Below are positions 32,959 through 44,389 of a stretch of 64,000 bases of DNA, in pieces. The stretch covers positions 512,001-576,000 of the forward strand of contig OY970343.1 of assembly GCA_963717525.1 (NCBI GenBank), read 5' to 3'. Below the pieces are notes generated by a model. That model had not been told where the DNA came from and ran no database searches. It saw only the letters and a list, made by a program, of their open reading frames with translations. The stretch comes from an uncultured Methanoregulaceae archaeon (GTDB lineage Archaea > Halobacteriota > Methanomicrobia > Methanomicrobiales > Methanospirillaceae). Position numbers and translations under genes: made by a program. Position 1 is the first letter of the stretch. Every line of letters starts with the position of its first letter.

Positions 32959-34794
32959 ATGGAAAATGATACTCTTGTCTACCGGCTGGCAGCCGGCTGT
33001 GACCTGTCCGATGTTGAGGAAGGAAAGACGTACCTCGGCAAGGTGCAGGGTTTTGCCACCTTCGGGATGTTTGTCCAGCTCAACGACCGGATCAAGGGCC
33101 TCGTGCATAAGACCAGCATGAAGGCCGAACACAAGGAGAAGGACAGCGTGCTTGTCCGGGTCAGGCAGATCCGGCCCAACGGGAACATCGATCTCGAGGA
33201 GCAGCTGATCCAGGTCTACCAGGTCCAGCAGGTCGAGCGCACATCGACTACGGTCAGGATTGCCGACCTTGGCACAAAACAGGGAAAGAGTGTGGCCATC
33301 GAGGGAGAGGTTGCCCAGATCAAGCAGACGAGCGGTCCCACCATCTTTACCATTGTCGACGAATCCGGCACCCAGAACGTCGCCGCATTCGTGGAGGCCG
33401 GTGTCCGGGCCTATCCCGAAGTGGAACTGAACATGATCGTCAAAGTCATCGGCGAGGTCATGATGCGCAACAACCAGCTCCAGATCGAGGCCGATGCGGT
33501 TGCTGCACTGAGCGGTGACGAGGAAGTAACCGTCCGGGCACGGATAAAAAAAGCGCTCGATGCACGTGCCGAGCCCGAGAATATCAGGCCACTCGTGAAA
33601 AGCGACGTCCTCGACAGCCTGATGCCCGAGATGCGCAAGGTGGCAAAGATCATCCGGAGAGCGGTCTTCACTGCCCAGCCGATCATCCTCCGGCACCATG
33701 CCGATGCCGATGGTATCTGCTCGGCAGTCGCCATCGAGCAGGCAGTGGTCTCGCTCATCCGGGAGTCGGGCGGGGACTTTGACGCCGATTACTACCTCTT
33801 CAAGCGTGCCCCGTCAAAGGCACCGTTCTACGAGATCGAGGATATAACCCGGGACCTGGATTTCGCGCTCAAGGACCATGCCCGGTTCGGCCAGAAGATG
33901 CCTCTGGTGATCCTCACCGACAACGGTTCCACCGAAGAGGACGAACCGTCCTATAAGATCGCAAGCGTCTACGACATCCCGTTTGTCGTCATCGATCACC
34001 ATCACCCCGATGCGACCATCGACAAGTACCTCGTCGGGCACGTCAACCCGTACCATGTGGGCGGTGACTTCGGGGTTACAGCCGGGATGCTCGGAACCGA
34101 GGTTGCCCGGCTGATCAACCCCCGGGTCGAACCGCTCATCTGGCACCTGCCGGTCGTTGCCGGGGTCGGGGACCGGAGCGAGGCGCCTGAACGGGGCCTC
34201 TACCTTGCACTTGTCCGCGACCAGTACCCCGAGCAGGCATGCAAGGACATCGCGCTCGCCCTTGACTATGAGCAGTTCTGGCTCCGGTTCAATGACGGGC
34301 GGGAGATCGTCAAGGACGTGCTCGACCTGGTCGGGAACCACGAGCGCCACACCAAGCTCGTCGGTTTGCTGGTCGATGGTGCGAACAGGATGATCGAGGA
34401 CCAGATGAGCGCCTGCATGCCCCATGTCGCTGCCCGCGTCCTTGAAAACGATGCGAAGCTCTTCTTAATCGACGTGGAGATCCATGCCCACAAGTTTACC
34501 TTCCCTCCGCCCGGTAAGACCTCGGGCGAAGTCCATGACAGGCTCTGCAGGCAGAACGAAGGAAAGCCGGTCGTCACGATCGGCTTTGGCCCGGACTTTG
34601 CCGTGCTGCGCTCCCGGGGCGTGCACATGAACATCCCCCGCATGGTCCGCGACCTGCACAACGAGATCCCCGGCGGCGGCATCTCCGGCGGCGGGCATCT
34701 TGTCGTCGGGAGCATCAAGTTTGTCGAAGGCATGCGCGATGTAGTGCTTGAAGCCCTGATCAAAAAGATCGGCGAGGCCCCGGTCCAGCAGTAA
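32959..34794 (+). CDS. Archaeal RecJ-like DHH phosphoesterase with S1 and OB domains
   Basis: S1 (GKVQGFATFGMFV), OB fold, HHADADG, IDHH and GGGH motifs. Confidence 0.85.
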   Translation: MENDTLVYRLAAGCDLSDVEEGKTYLGKVQGFATFGMFVQLNDRIKGLVHKTSMKAEHKEKDSVLVRVRQIRPNGNIDLEEQLIQVYQVQQVERTSTTVRIADLGTKQGKSVAIEGEVAQIKQTSGPTIFTIVDESGTQNVAAFVEAGVRAYPEVELNMIVKVIGEVMMRNNQLQIEADAVAALSGDEEVTVRARIKKALDARAEPENIRPLVKSDVLDSLMPEMRKVAKIIRRAVFTAQPIILRHHADADGICSAVAIEQAVVSLIRESGGDFDADYYLFKRAPSKAPFYEIEDITRDLDFALKDHARFGQKMPLVILTDNGSTEEDEPSYKIASVYDIPFVVIDHHHPDATIDKYLVGHVNPYHVGGDFGVTAGMLGTEVARLINPRVEPLIWHLPVVAGVGDRSEAPERGLYLALVRDQYPEQACKDIALALDYEQFWLRFNDGREIVKDVLDLVGNHERHTKLVGLLVDGANRMIEDQMSACMPHVAARVLENDAKLFLIDVEIHAHKFTFPPPGKTSGEVHDRLCRQNEGKPVVTIGFGPDFAVLRSRGVHMNIPRMVRDLHNEIPGGGISGGGHLVVGSIKFVEGMRDVVLEALIKKIGEAPVQQ

Positions 34795-35017
34795 GGGGCA
34801 TTCTTCTTTTTCCGGTCAAACCCGATCAATGCCCCGGATTTTTAAAAATAATGTGGAATTGGGCCGGATAAAATTCGGCCCGATATTTGAACGATTTAAA
34901 TAGTTTCTTGTCAGATTTGTGTCACTATTCCCAAAAAAAACCATTAACCTTACCAGTGCTATCAGATATTTATATATACATCGTGATCTATATGCATTCC
35001 TAATGCTGAGGCGAAAT

Positions 35018-35269
35018 ATGTCAACAGGTAAGAACATTCGTGATAAGTACAACGAAACCCAGCACAAAATCGTTTCCTATCTTCATTCAGGGATAGACAA
35101 AGGCAAACACTACTTCAAGTCCAAATATATCGCAAAAGATTTGGGCTTGTCCCCCAAGGAAGTGGGAACGAATATGGCGATCCTTGCCGGTATGTGCAAG
35201 GAGTTGTCCATTATCCGGTGGAGTTATTCGAATAGCACGACGTGGATGGTCACGCCCCGTGCTCTGTAA
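35018..35269 (+). CDS. Small archaeal winged-helix protein
   Basis: YFKSKYIAKDLGLSPKEVG and WSYSNSTTW; TTTATATA promoter at about 34968. Confidence 0.75.
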   Translation: MSTGKNIRDKYNETQHKIVSYLHSGIDKGKHYFKSKYIAKDLGLSPKEVGTNMAILAGMCKELSIIRWSYSNSTTWMVTPRAL

Positions 35270-35300
35270 ATTTTTTTAATCATCCCCGCCTTCTTTTATT

Positions 35301-35489
35301 ATGCCAAAAACAGAGTTTGAATCATCCATTGAATTTGTTGCTGATATCAATGAGCAGAAGGATTGCCTGATGTCCCAGGATCCGACCCAGGATAATCCCG
35401 GCGCTCTCTGGTTCAACATCGATCTTCCCAAGGGACACCAGTTCAAAGCCGGAGACCGTGTACGGGTGATCGTGGAAAAGATCGGGTGA
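35301..35489 (+). CDS. Small hypothetical protein
   Basis: 62-aa ORF ending in FKAGDRVRVIVEKIG. Confidence 0.6.
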   Translation: MPKTEFESSIEFVADINEQKDCLMSQDPTQDNPGALWFNIDLPKGHQFKAGDRVRVIVEKIG

Positions 35490-35544
35490 TCATCTCTTTT
35501 CCTGTGAAGTATATCGCGCTCCCCGTGCAGAGCGTATTTGAGGA

Positions 35545-36197
35545 TCAGGCACCGGATCCGGCTTTTTCATAGTACGAAAACGGTGTTTCCAGGGTGATCC
35601 GGAAGGAATCGACATAAGCGACACTGATGATCAGATACATCGAACCTGAGTTCCGTACGACCTTGTACATTGTACCGCCATTCTGGATTTCGGCACCTGT
35701 GATGATGGTGCCGGTTTTTGCATCGCAGAGCACCATCCTGAACATCGCGTACTGGGGCTGGCTGGTTGCGGTGACACTGATATTGAGGGCCCATGCGTCG
35801 TAGGGCACCGAGAAGACCGTGGTAAGGCCGCCCCGGGAATCCTCGACATACGCAAAGGGAACGGTCGCATTTCCCCGCAGGGGGATATCGGAAGCGCCGA
35901 AGGTCTCCATATGGTCGGGGAGATGGATCACCGGGTACGTGTACGGGTTATTCGGTACAGGATCCGGTAGGGTGGCGCCGGAGGCTGGGGGGTAAGATTC
36001 ACTACGGGGGTTGGTGTGACAGATACCGAGAACATGACCGTTGGCTCCGGGGCTGGAACGTTTGTCGCCTGTACAGCAGGGCCACTCCCTGAAACAGGCA
36101 GGAGCGGCGACAGCATGGCCGGGTTTACGATCATAGCGATGAGCAGGATCACCACCAGACCGCCGGCGATGGTAAAAATATCCCCCTTATCCACACG
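35545..36197 (-). CDS. Membrane-anchored hypothetical protein, frameshift near 35945
   Basis: ORF 35928..36239 (TM plus Pro/Thr linker) continues into ORF 35545..35931; GTG start inferred. Confidence 0.55.
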
Positions 36198-36358
36198 TAC
36201 TACTGGGATGTTCCTGATAAAAATCGTAATGATCTGCACGATGCAGGTACAAAAACCATGAGTTTTCCCGGCACTTCTTCCCTTTTTTTATCTGCGAGAC
36301 CGGCACAACGGGGTGGTGGCGGAAATACATTAGTATTCCCATTGTGTATATTGATGCT

Positions 36359-36619
36359 ATGGACGTTCCCGGCCTGCGGACGTGGGTCATGTTTTACCTG
36401 ATCTCGTTTGTTGTCCTCCTCTGGGCTGCATTTCTTACCGTGAACGGCACGATGCTCTGGGTAAGCCTGATGCTTGTCATCGTGGTCGTCGGTATTAACT
36501 TTGCCACTGTCTATAACCAGATAAAAGCCCAGGCCTCGAGAAAAGCCCTGCAGGCTGCGCTTACTAAAGACATCGGGAAAGATACCGAAACCGGGCCGGA
36601 CGATCGTCAGCGGCACTAA
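36359..36619 (+). CDS. Small two-helix membrane protein
   Basis: Two hydrophobic segments followed by a charged tail. Confidence 0.6.
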   Translation: MDVPGLRTWVMFYLISFVVLLWAAFLTVNGTMLWVSLMLVIVVVGINFATVYNQIKAQASRKALQAALTKDIGKDTETGPDDRQRH

Positions 36620-36629
36620 AAAAGGTTGT

Positions 36630-37440
36630 TCACTCTTTTTTCCGGTAGATCTTCTGGATGGAATTGAACGGTGTAAAGAGCCCCTCTACCTCGCGCCCGA
36701 GGTACTCGGTTTTTCCCATGACGTAATACCCGCCGGGCACAAGCGCCGAATGGAACGTCTTTGCGAGCTCGTCTTTCTGTTTCTCGGTAAAATAGATGGT
36801 CACGTTCCGGCAGCTGATCATGTCAAGGAACCGCGAGGTCGGCTGGCCGCTCATGAGGTCGTGGGGACGGAACCGGATAATTGACTGGAGGTGTGGCTTT
36901 ACCTGGTACGTCCCATCAGGGAGCCTGGTGAAATGCCGGTGGATCCGGGCTTCGGAAAGTTTTCCCATCGCTTTTTCCGAATAGATCCCGTCTTTTGCTT
37001 TTTTGAGCACGACTTCGTCGATATCGGTGGCAAAGATCTGGCCGGAGAGGGTCTTGTCGGCGGCGTTGATCTCGGAGAGGATCATGGCAAGGGAGTAGGG
37101 TTCTTCTCCCGTCGAACAGCCGGCACACCAGATGCGGAGTGTTTTCCTGCCTTTGAAGAGCGCGGGAAATACTTCCTTTCTGAGGAGATCGTACACATCT
37201 GCATCCCGGAAGAACTCCGTGACGTTGATAGTGAGCGCATTTCGCAGGTTCTCCAGCTCCGGGGGGTGTTCGCGGAGGTACCTGAGGGTACTCGTCGTAC
37301 GCCGATGTCCCGGTCGAACGCATGCGGGAGAGCAGCCGCCGTTTTATGTAGTCCTCCTTGTAATTGGAACACTGAATCTTGAGGGTCTGCTCGATATACC
37401 GTTTCAGGACCGCAAAACCGTCGTCTTTTTCTGGCGTCAT
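36630..37440 (-). CDS. cheR: Chemotaxis methyltransferase CheR, frameshift near 37290
   Basis: IWCAGCSTGEEPYS, ATDID and ISCRNV motifs; N-terminus in ORF 36916..37440. Confidence 0.9.
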
Positions 37441-37518
37441 TAAAATGCTCTGCTCTTATGGCTGGTGAATCGGGGGTGGAGAAAAAGGACCGTCTGTCCC
37501 CCTCCTTAACACTACCTC

Positions 37519-40419
37519 TCAGGTGTGGAATTCCTTCATCATGCTGGTGCAGCGCTCCACCATGGTCGAGAGCTCTGCCGAGGCACTGGCAATCTCCTCA
37601 GTCGATGCGCTTGTCTCCTCTGCAAGCGCTGCCATGTCCTCCATGCGCTGCTGGTTGTTCCCGGTAGAGGTCCTGACCGATTCGATGCCGGCCATCAGGC
37701 CGGAAGTGGCCTGGGCCTGGCTCTCGGTAGCTTTTGTGATCTCGGTGACCCCCTGGGAAACTATGTTTGCCTCGGCGATGATCCTGTTAAGCGATTCGAC
37801 CGTCATGTTGACACTCTCGATACCGCCCTTGATCTGCTCAAAGGAGTTCTGGATGGATGATGCCGTCATCTCGCTCTTGGTCTGGATGGATCGTATCAGG
37901 GTCTCGATCTGGCTACTTGCTTTCTTCGATTCCCCTGCCAGGTTCTTTACTTCGCCGGCGACAACGGCAAACCCCCGCCCGTGCTCTCCTGCCCGTGCAG
38001 CCTCGATCGCGGCATTAAGGGCGAGCAGGTTTGTCTGGTTCGCGATATCGGTGATCAGGTTGACGATCTTTGAGATCTGGCGCATCTGTTCATTTAAGCC
38101 TGTGATCTCGTTGACGCTCTGCTCTGAGATCTTCTCGACAGCCTGCATCTTGTCTGTTGCGGTCTTTCCGACACCGGCCGCCCGGACCCTTCCTGAGCTG
38201 CTTTATCGGCGTGGGTCATGACATCATGGGAGGTGCTTGCGATCTCCTCGATCGAAGCAGAGATGTCGGATATGACCCCGGATATCTTCTCGACACTGGT
38301 GAGCTGTTCTTTTGCATTGTCGGTCGCTTTCTGGGAGGAGATGGCCACCTGTTCAGTCGCCTTTGCGATCTCATCGGTACTCCGGATCGTGTCCTGGATG
38401 GTCACGTCCAGCTTCTGGATTGCCTGCATCAGTTCGGTTATGACCGAACGGATCGCCACAGCAGATGTATTATAATCCTTTTTGAGCAGCACGAGCGGAT
38501 CTGCGTCGTCGATGCTGAGCTGGAAGGTGAGGTCACCGGCAGCGATCTTTGCAAGGCCGGTCTGGAGTTCAGCGGCGCTTGCAGAGAGCAGCTCTGCACC
38601 GGCCTTTGCCTCCTCCATCATGACCTGGATCTTCTTTTCCTGTTCGCGCCGGGCCGTCACATCGACGTAGACGCATAGGATCGTCGAGATGTTCTGCTGC
38701 GCGTCCAGCATGGGTATCCCGTACTGTTCGAGAATGCGCAGCCCTTTCGGGAACTCGATAGTGATCTCCCCGAAACTCCGGGTCTTCCCGGTGAGCACTT
38801 TTTTGAGCCCCTCGCCGGTCTGCGAGAGGATCTTGAACTCCCGGGCGTTCATGCCATGCAGTTTCTCCTTTGAGAGTCCGGTGAGGCTGGTATACGCCTC
38901 GTTTGCCATGATGATCTTAAAGGACGTGTCCATGAGCATGATGGGCATCGGGTTCTGCATGACGATGATATCCGAACGTTTCTTGAGGGCAGCCACCTCT
39001 TCCATCTTCTTTGCGAGGTCCTGCTGGCTGGCACGCTGGCTGGTTACATCGTTGTACACGAGGAGGAGGTGCTCGATCTCGTTTTTGCTGTCCAAAAGCG
39101 GCATCACGTACTGTTCGAGAATCCGGGTGCCGCTGGGGAGTTCCACCGTGACTTCGCCGAATGCCCGGCGCTTCTCCCGGATAGCAAGGCCGGCACCCTC
39201 GCCTTTCTGTTCGTGGATCTTGACATCACGCAGGTTCATGCCCGTGATCCGGTCGAGGGTATAGCCGCTCATCTGCACATAGGCGGGGTTTGCCGAGATG
39301 ACCTTAAACGAGCGATCGGTCATTAAAAGGGGGATCGGGTTCTGCTGGACGATTGTCTCAGACATGCGCCGGGCTGCAAGGACCTCCTCCATCTCCTTTC
39401 TCTCTTCAGTAATATCGTTATAGACCACGAGGATGCTCTCGATCGCCCCTTTTGCGCCGGGAATGGGTATACCGTACTGCCGGAGCCGCCGGCTGCCTGA
39501 GGGGAACTCCACGACAACCTCCCCGGCGGAACGGGTGCCGGTCTCGATGACCTTCTTCAACCCCTCCCCGGTCTGTTCGGCCAGCTTGAAATCGCGCAGC
39601 GACATGGACAGCAGCCGGCTCTTCTCGATGCCGGTGAGCGCTACGTACGCATCGTTGACCACCCGGATTTTGAAACCCATGTCCGCGAGCACGATCGGCA
39701 TCGGGTTCTGCTGGACAATTGTCTCCGATCTGGCCCTGAGCCGTTCGATCTCCTCGTTCTTCTTCCGTCTGGTGGTGAGATCATCGTAGAGTATGACCAG
39801 GGACGTGACCTCGCCGGTGCTGTCAAGCACCGGGATACAGGTACTGCTCTAAGGTATGCACACCGGAAGGAAAGGTAACGGTGAGTTCACCGACGGCACG
39901 CCGTTTCTGTTCGAGAGCGACCTTCGCATCCTCCCCGGATAGGCTCGTGATGGCAAAATCATGGATATTGGTCGTGAGGATCCTGCTCTCGGGAATCCCG
40001 CTCATGGTGACATACGCGGCATTGGCTTCAGTAATATCCAGGGACGGCGTGGCAATGAGCATGGGCACCGGGTTGTTCTTCTCCATGAACTCGAGCCGCC
40101 GTTCGAGCACGTTGATCTTCTTCTCGCATTCCACAAGTACTTCCGGCTGCGTTCCTGCCGGCGCCGGGACCCCTGGCGTCGCTGCTGCTATCTTCGATAA
40201 GGCAGCATTCACGGCGTCCACGAGCGTCGTATATTCGCTCCCGAAATGCGACGCGTCAAGGGTTTTTACCGCCTTGTTGGCGGCTGCCCCTTTGAGCGCA
40301 AGGGCAAGATCCTCGTTTAACCCCCGCACCCGCTCTGCGATCTCATCGGGAGAACTCCGTCCAGCCGGGGCCGGTGCCCCGACGAATAATGCTTTTCGTC
40401 CCGGTCGTTGTTCGGTCAT
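37519..40419 (-). CDS. Soluble methyl-accepting chemotaxis protein with four PAS repeats (frameshifts near 39835 and 38180)
   Basis: Four NP(M/V/I)P-initiated PAS repeats, [30 protein letters not shown] hairpin tip, no TM segment. Confidence 0.88.
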
Positions 40420-40453
40420 ACCCTTTCCCCATCCTATTTTTTCTATTAAAAAT

Positions 40454-40966
40454 TTATTCGGTGCTGTGCATGATACCGGCACCCGGGCTGTTCCTAGAGC
40501 CGCTGCCCAGATCGGTGATCACTTTTTCCATGTCAAGCCAGATAATGAGATCTTTTTTCTTCTTTTCAGTATCATCTGATGAGACCTTGATGATGCCCTT
40601 GACAAACTGGGAGAATTCTGACGAGATCCCGGCGCCGATGTGCTCGATATCAGACTCGGGCACCTGGCGGACGCTGGAGACATCGTCAACGATGATCCCG
40701 ATATTGTTCCCTTTTGCTGCCTCGGGGACAAGGACAATGATCTTCTGGTTATTCCGCACTTCCTTGTCGGGAAGCGCGAGCAGCGTGTTGAGGTTCATGA
40801 TGTTAGTGATCTCTCCCCGGAGGTTGATGACCCCGGAGATGAACGGTGGTGCCCGGGGTATGGGAGTGATCGGCATCATCTCCACGATCTCGCGGGCGAG
40901 GTTGATGTCCAGTGCATACCGCTCCCCGCCCAGCTCGAACTCCACGACATCGATTGTTCCGGCCAT
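40454..40966 (-). CDS. cheW: Chemotaxis coupling protein CheW
   Basis: ITPIPRAPPFISGVINLRGEI and GIIVDDV motifs. Confidence 0.93.
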   Translation of the reverse strand: MAGTIDVVEFELGGERYALDINLAREIVEMMPITPIPRAPPFISGVINLRGEITNIMNLNTLLALPDKEVRNNQKIIVLVPEAAKGNNIGIIVDDVSSVRQVPESDIEHIGAGISSEFSQFVKGIIKVSSDDTEKKKKDLIIWLDMEKVITDLGSGSRNSPGAGIMHSTE

Positions 40967-40969
40967 AAC

Positions 40970-42961
40970 TCACCGTATCTTGAACTTGTCGGTCGCAGTC
41001 TTGAGCTGTTCTGCCATGGTGGAGAGCTCGGCGGAGGCGCTCGCGATCTCCTCGGTCGATGCACTCGTCTCCTCGGCAAGGGCTGCCATGTCTTCCATGC
41101 GCTGCTGGTTCTGGTGGGTGAGGGTATTGGTCTGCTCCATGCCCTGCATCACCCGGTTTGTCGCTTCGGCCTGTGCCTCGGTAGCCTTGGTGATCTCGGT
41201 TACGCCCTGCGAGACGACATGTGCTTCCGAGATGATCCGGTTGAGCACGTCGATGGTCTGGTTGACGCTCTCGATACCGGTCTGGATCTCCAGGTAGGAG
41301 TTCTTGATCGCTGCCGCGGTCTTCTCGCTGTTGTTCTGGATGGAGCCGATCAACGTCTCGATATTGTTCGTGGCGCTCTTGGACTCCCCGGCGAGGTTGC
41401 GCACTTCACCGGCAACAACGGCAAACCCGCGACCGTGCTCCCCTGCACGTGCCGCCTCGATCGCGGCGTTTAAGGCCAGCAGGTTCGTCTGGCTGGAGAT
41501 ATCAGCGATCAGCTTGACGATGTTTGAGATCTCCTTCATGCGGTCGTTGAGTGCCGTGATCTCGGCGACGCTCTCTCCCGAGATCTTCTCCACGGTCTTC
41601 ATCTTTGCCGTTGCAACCTTGCCCAGTTCTGCGGCCTGGTTGCCCTCGCTTGCAGCCTTCTGGGCATGGGTCATGAGGTCATGGGAGGTGCTTGCGATCT
41701 CCTCGATGGAGGCAGAGAGATCAGAGACGTCGCTGCTGACCTTTTCGATCTCGGTGAGCTGTTTTTTTGCCCCTTCTGCGGATTCCTGGGTCGATATCGC
41801 CACCTGTTCGGTGGACCTGGAGATCTCCTGCGTGCTCTTACCGGTCTCCGCGGTAGTGAGGTCGAGCTGGTGGGCGGCCTTTGCGATCTCCTCGATCACG
41901 GTCTTTATGGAGAGTGCTGCCTTGTTGTAATCTTTCTTCAGGGAGACGAGGGGATCGTTCTCCGCGATCTCTGCCACAAAGGTGAGATCCCCTTCTGCCA
42001 GCCGTGACAACCCGGACTCGAGCACGTCGGCACTCCCGGAGAGCGCCTCCGCCTTCTTCTTTGAGTCCTCCATGAGTGTCTGGATCTCCTGTTCCTGCCG
42101 GCGCCGCTCGGTGATATCGTTGTATACCACGAGCAGGCTCTCGACTGCGCCGGATTCGTCAAGGAGCGGGATATAATACCAGTCCAGCGTCAGCGTACCG
42201 GCGGGGAACTCGATTACGGATTCACCATGCCCGCGCTGCTTGGATGAGATGGTCGCCTCGACACTTACCCCTTTGTTCTTCTTGTACCGGAAGTCCTTCA
42301 TCGAGATGCGGGCGGCCTCGTCCCGGGAATACCCGGTCAGTTTCAGGAACGCATTGTTCGTCGAGCGGACGGCAAGGTTCGTGTCGATGGTGAAGAGTGC
42401 ATACGGGTTCTCCTCGATAATGCGGTCGGCCCGTTGCTTGATCTGCTCGGCCTCGGCAATCTTGTCGTGGAGCTCGGTCGTGTCGATCCAGAAATAGAAT
42501 GCCCCGTCCACTTCGCCGACGGCATCAAGCAGCGGCATCGCCTGGAGGGTCAGGTACTTCTGGGTGCCGTCAGGCCATTTCACCCTGCACTCGCTTACGG
42601 CGAGCTTGCGCGTCTCGAAGCATGCATAGACGTGATCCCCGGAGATGACGGTGATATCAAAGTCATACAGCCGCTTTTTCATCAGCTCGTCGCGGGTCCC
42701 TCGCCAGAGAGATTCGTATTTTTTATTGATGTTGACGATCGCCCGGTCTTTTTTCAGGATCGCGATTGCAAGCGGGTTGAACTTGATCATCGTATCGGCC
42801 CGATGCTTCTTCTCTGCCGTATCTGCTGCCCGTGCTATGAGCCGGTTCACCTGCTGTACCAGAGGCCGCATCTCCGTTTCTGCACGGTTTTCATCGATCC
42901 GGGTCTTCAGATCCCCGTCTGCGGCTTTCTTTACTGCCTGTTCCAGTGTTGTTACGTCCAT
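40970..42961 (-). CDS. Soluble methyl-accepting chemotaxis protein with two PAS domains
   Basis: Two PAS repeats, MCP signalling tip, no TM segment. Confidence 0.92.
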   Translation of the reverse strand: MDVTTLEQAVKKAADGDLKTRIDENRAETEMRPLVQQVNRLIARAADTAEKKHRADTMIKFNPLAIAILKKDRAIVNINKKYESLWRGTRDELMKKRLYDFDITVISGDHVYACFETRKLAVSECRVKWPDGTQKYLTLQAMPLLDAVGEVDGAFYFWIDTTELHDKIAEAEQIKQRADRIIEENPYALFTIDTNLAVRSTNNAFLKLTGYSRDEAARISMKDFRYKKNKGVSVEATISSKQRGHGESVIEFPAGTLTLDWYYIPLLDESGAVESLLVVYNDITERRRQEQEIQTLMEDSKKKAEALSGSADVLESGLSRLAEGDLTFVAEIAENDPLVSLKKDYNKAALSIKTVIEEIAKAAHQLDLTTAETGKSTQEISRSTEQVAISTQESAEGAKKQLTEIEKVSSDVSDLSASIEEIASTSHDLMTHAQKAASEGNQAAELGKVATAKMKTVEKISGESVAEITALNDRMKEISNIVKLIADISSQTNLLALNAAIEAARAGEHGRGFAVVAGEVRNLAGESKSATNNIETLIGSIQNNSEKTAAAIKNSYLEIQTGIESVNQTIDVLNRIISEAHVVSQGVTEITKATEAQAEATNRVMQGMEQTNTLTHQNQQRMEDMAALAEETSASTEEIASASAELSTMAEQLKTATDKFKIR

Positions 42962-43848
42962 CTCATCACCTCATCTGCAATTATTTTGTATGCGCACCCG
43001 GCGCTGCTTTCCGGCGCGATATGCGAGATCGGCATACCACGCTTCTGGGCCTCGTACACCTCGGGAGAATAAGGTACGGTATGCACATCAGAAAACTTCG
43101 TTTCGATCCCGGCGAGCATCTCTTTTAAGCGGTCATGCTCTTTTGCATGTTCTTCATGTGCATACTTTTCCTCTTCCGTAAGGACATGGTGCGGAGTAAG
43201 GAACGACCGGAGCCAGCTGACAAGGTCACCTTTTTCCGGTTCCCGCGCCTTATCGGCCTCGTCCTCCCCGGCCTCGCCCCAGCGGGAGATGACAGCCATG
43301 TCCACGCGGAGTTCTTTTCCAAGGTCCTCTTTGATATCCTTAAAAATAGTAAAGAGCGGGCCCACACCGTTGAGGGCAAAGGATCCGGAATCGAGCGTGA
43401 CAATGATATGATCAGCGGCTACAAGGCCGTTTATCACAAACTGCCCCATGCTCGGGGGCGTGTCGATAAGGATCAGGTCATAGATCGGTTTCACGGGCAG
43501 CAGTGCGTCCCGCAGCACTTCTGCCCGCGAGGCAATCCCATAGAGATAGGGTTCTGCACCGACAAGATCCAGGTTTGACGGTGCAAGATCGATACCGGAT
43601 TCCGTAGAACAGATGATATCGATCATTTTAACCTGAGGGAACCCCTCTATCCGGCTCATGAAGAGATCATACATGTTCTTCCGGGCCGATTCCGGGAAAA
43701 CACCGAGGCCAGCTGTCGCATTGGCCTGGGGATCGCAGTCAACCACCAGCACTTTTTTCCCTGCCAGAGAACAGAATCCGGCAATATTCAGGCAGGACGT
43801 TGTTTTCCCGGTCCCGCCTTTATGGTGGCAGAACGTGATGGTTGTAAT
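42952..43848 (-). CDS. ParA/MinD-family ATPase
   Basis: Deviant Walker [10 protein letters not shown] lies upstream of the ORF-track GTG (43752), in frame; VDCDPQAN and IDTPP motifs. Only an ATT at 43848 after AGGTGA fits as the start. Confidence 0.85.
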   Translation of the reverse strand: MTTITFCHHKGGTGKTTSCLNIAGFCSLAGKKVLVVDCDPQANATAGLGVFPESARKNMYDLFMSRIEGFPQVKMIDIICSTESGIDLAPSNLDLVGAEPYLYGIASRAEVLRDALLPVKPIYDLILIDTPPSMGQFVINGLVAADHIIVTLDSGSFALNGVGPLFTIFKDIKEDLGKELRVDMAVISRWGEAGEDEADKAREPEKGDLVSWLRSFLTPHHVLTEEEKYAHEEHAKEHDRLKEMLAGIETKFSDVHTVPYSPEVYEAQKRGMPISHIAPESSAGCAYKIIADEVMRWT

Positions 43849-44034
43849 GATATCACCTGACTGAATTTTTATAAAGGTTCCCTTTAATAACTTTGCTTTC
43901 CGGAAATTGTCGAGCCGGACTTTGTTTTTTTTATTTTTTTCAGGCTATTAAAGCGTTTTTCCAGTTTCGCGGGTATACGGAGTTTTTCCCAGACAGGGTA
44001 TAGGTTTTTATGGATAAAGTCTGACAAGAGAAGT

Positions 44035-44385
44035 ATGACCGGACGCTGGTGCCTGCTCGTGGGAGTCTTTCTTGTCCTGTTCCTTTCAGCTGCCGGCTGT
44101 ACCACCCTCCAAGTCGGGGACGTATCGTACGGGAACGGCAACCTGACTGTGGGGGTTGCAGGACCCGCTAATCCTGTTGATGTCGGGGTCCAGGTAACGG
44201 TTTATACGCTGGACCAGTTCGAGCAGCACGAACTGCTTACCACCGGAACCACGGCTACGCTCACCGGGAATGAAAACACCGTAACGATCCCCGTGCAGCT
44301 GGAACCGGGCAGCTACAAGATATACGTGTATATCACCCGGAACGGTGAGCGCGAGACTGCCATAATCCGGGACATTACGGTGTGA
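44035..44385 (+). CDS. Predicted lipoprotein
   Basis: Hydrophobic signal ending in an AAGC lipobox, followed by a beta-rich domain. Confidence 0.7.
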   Translation: MTGRWCLLVGVFLVLFLSAAGCTTLQVGDVSYGNGNLTVGVAGPANPVDVGVQVTVYTLDQFEQHELLTTGTTATLTGNENTVTIPVQLEPGSYKIYVYITRNGERETAIIRDITV

Positions 44386-44389
44386 ATGC

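Noticed and set aside
34860..34883. GGGCCGGAT...ATTCGGCCC palindrome upstream of the small wHTH gene
   Set aside because: Single short imperfect palindrome that could arise by chance or be a terminator hairpin; no second copy supports an operator.
37519..41720. Nucleotide-level repeats between 37.5-38.3 kb and 41.0-41.7 kb
   Set aside because: Explained by the conserved signalling domains of two paralogous MCPs.
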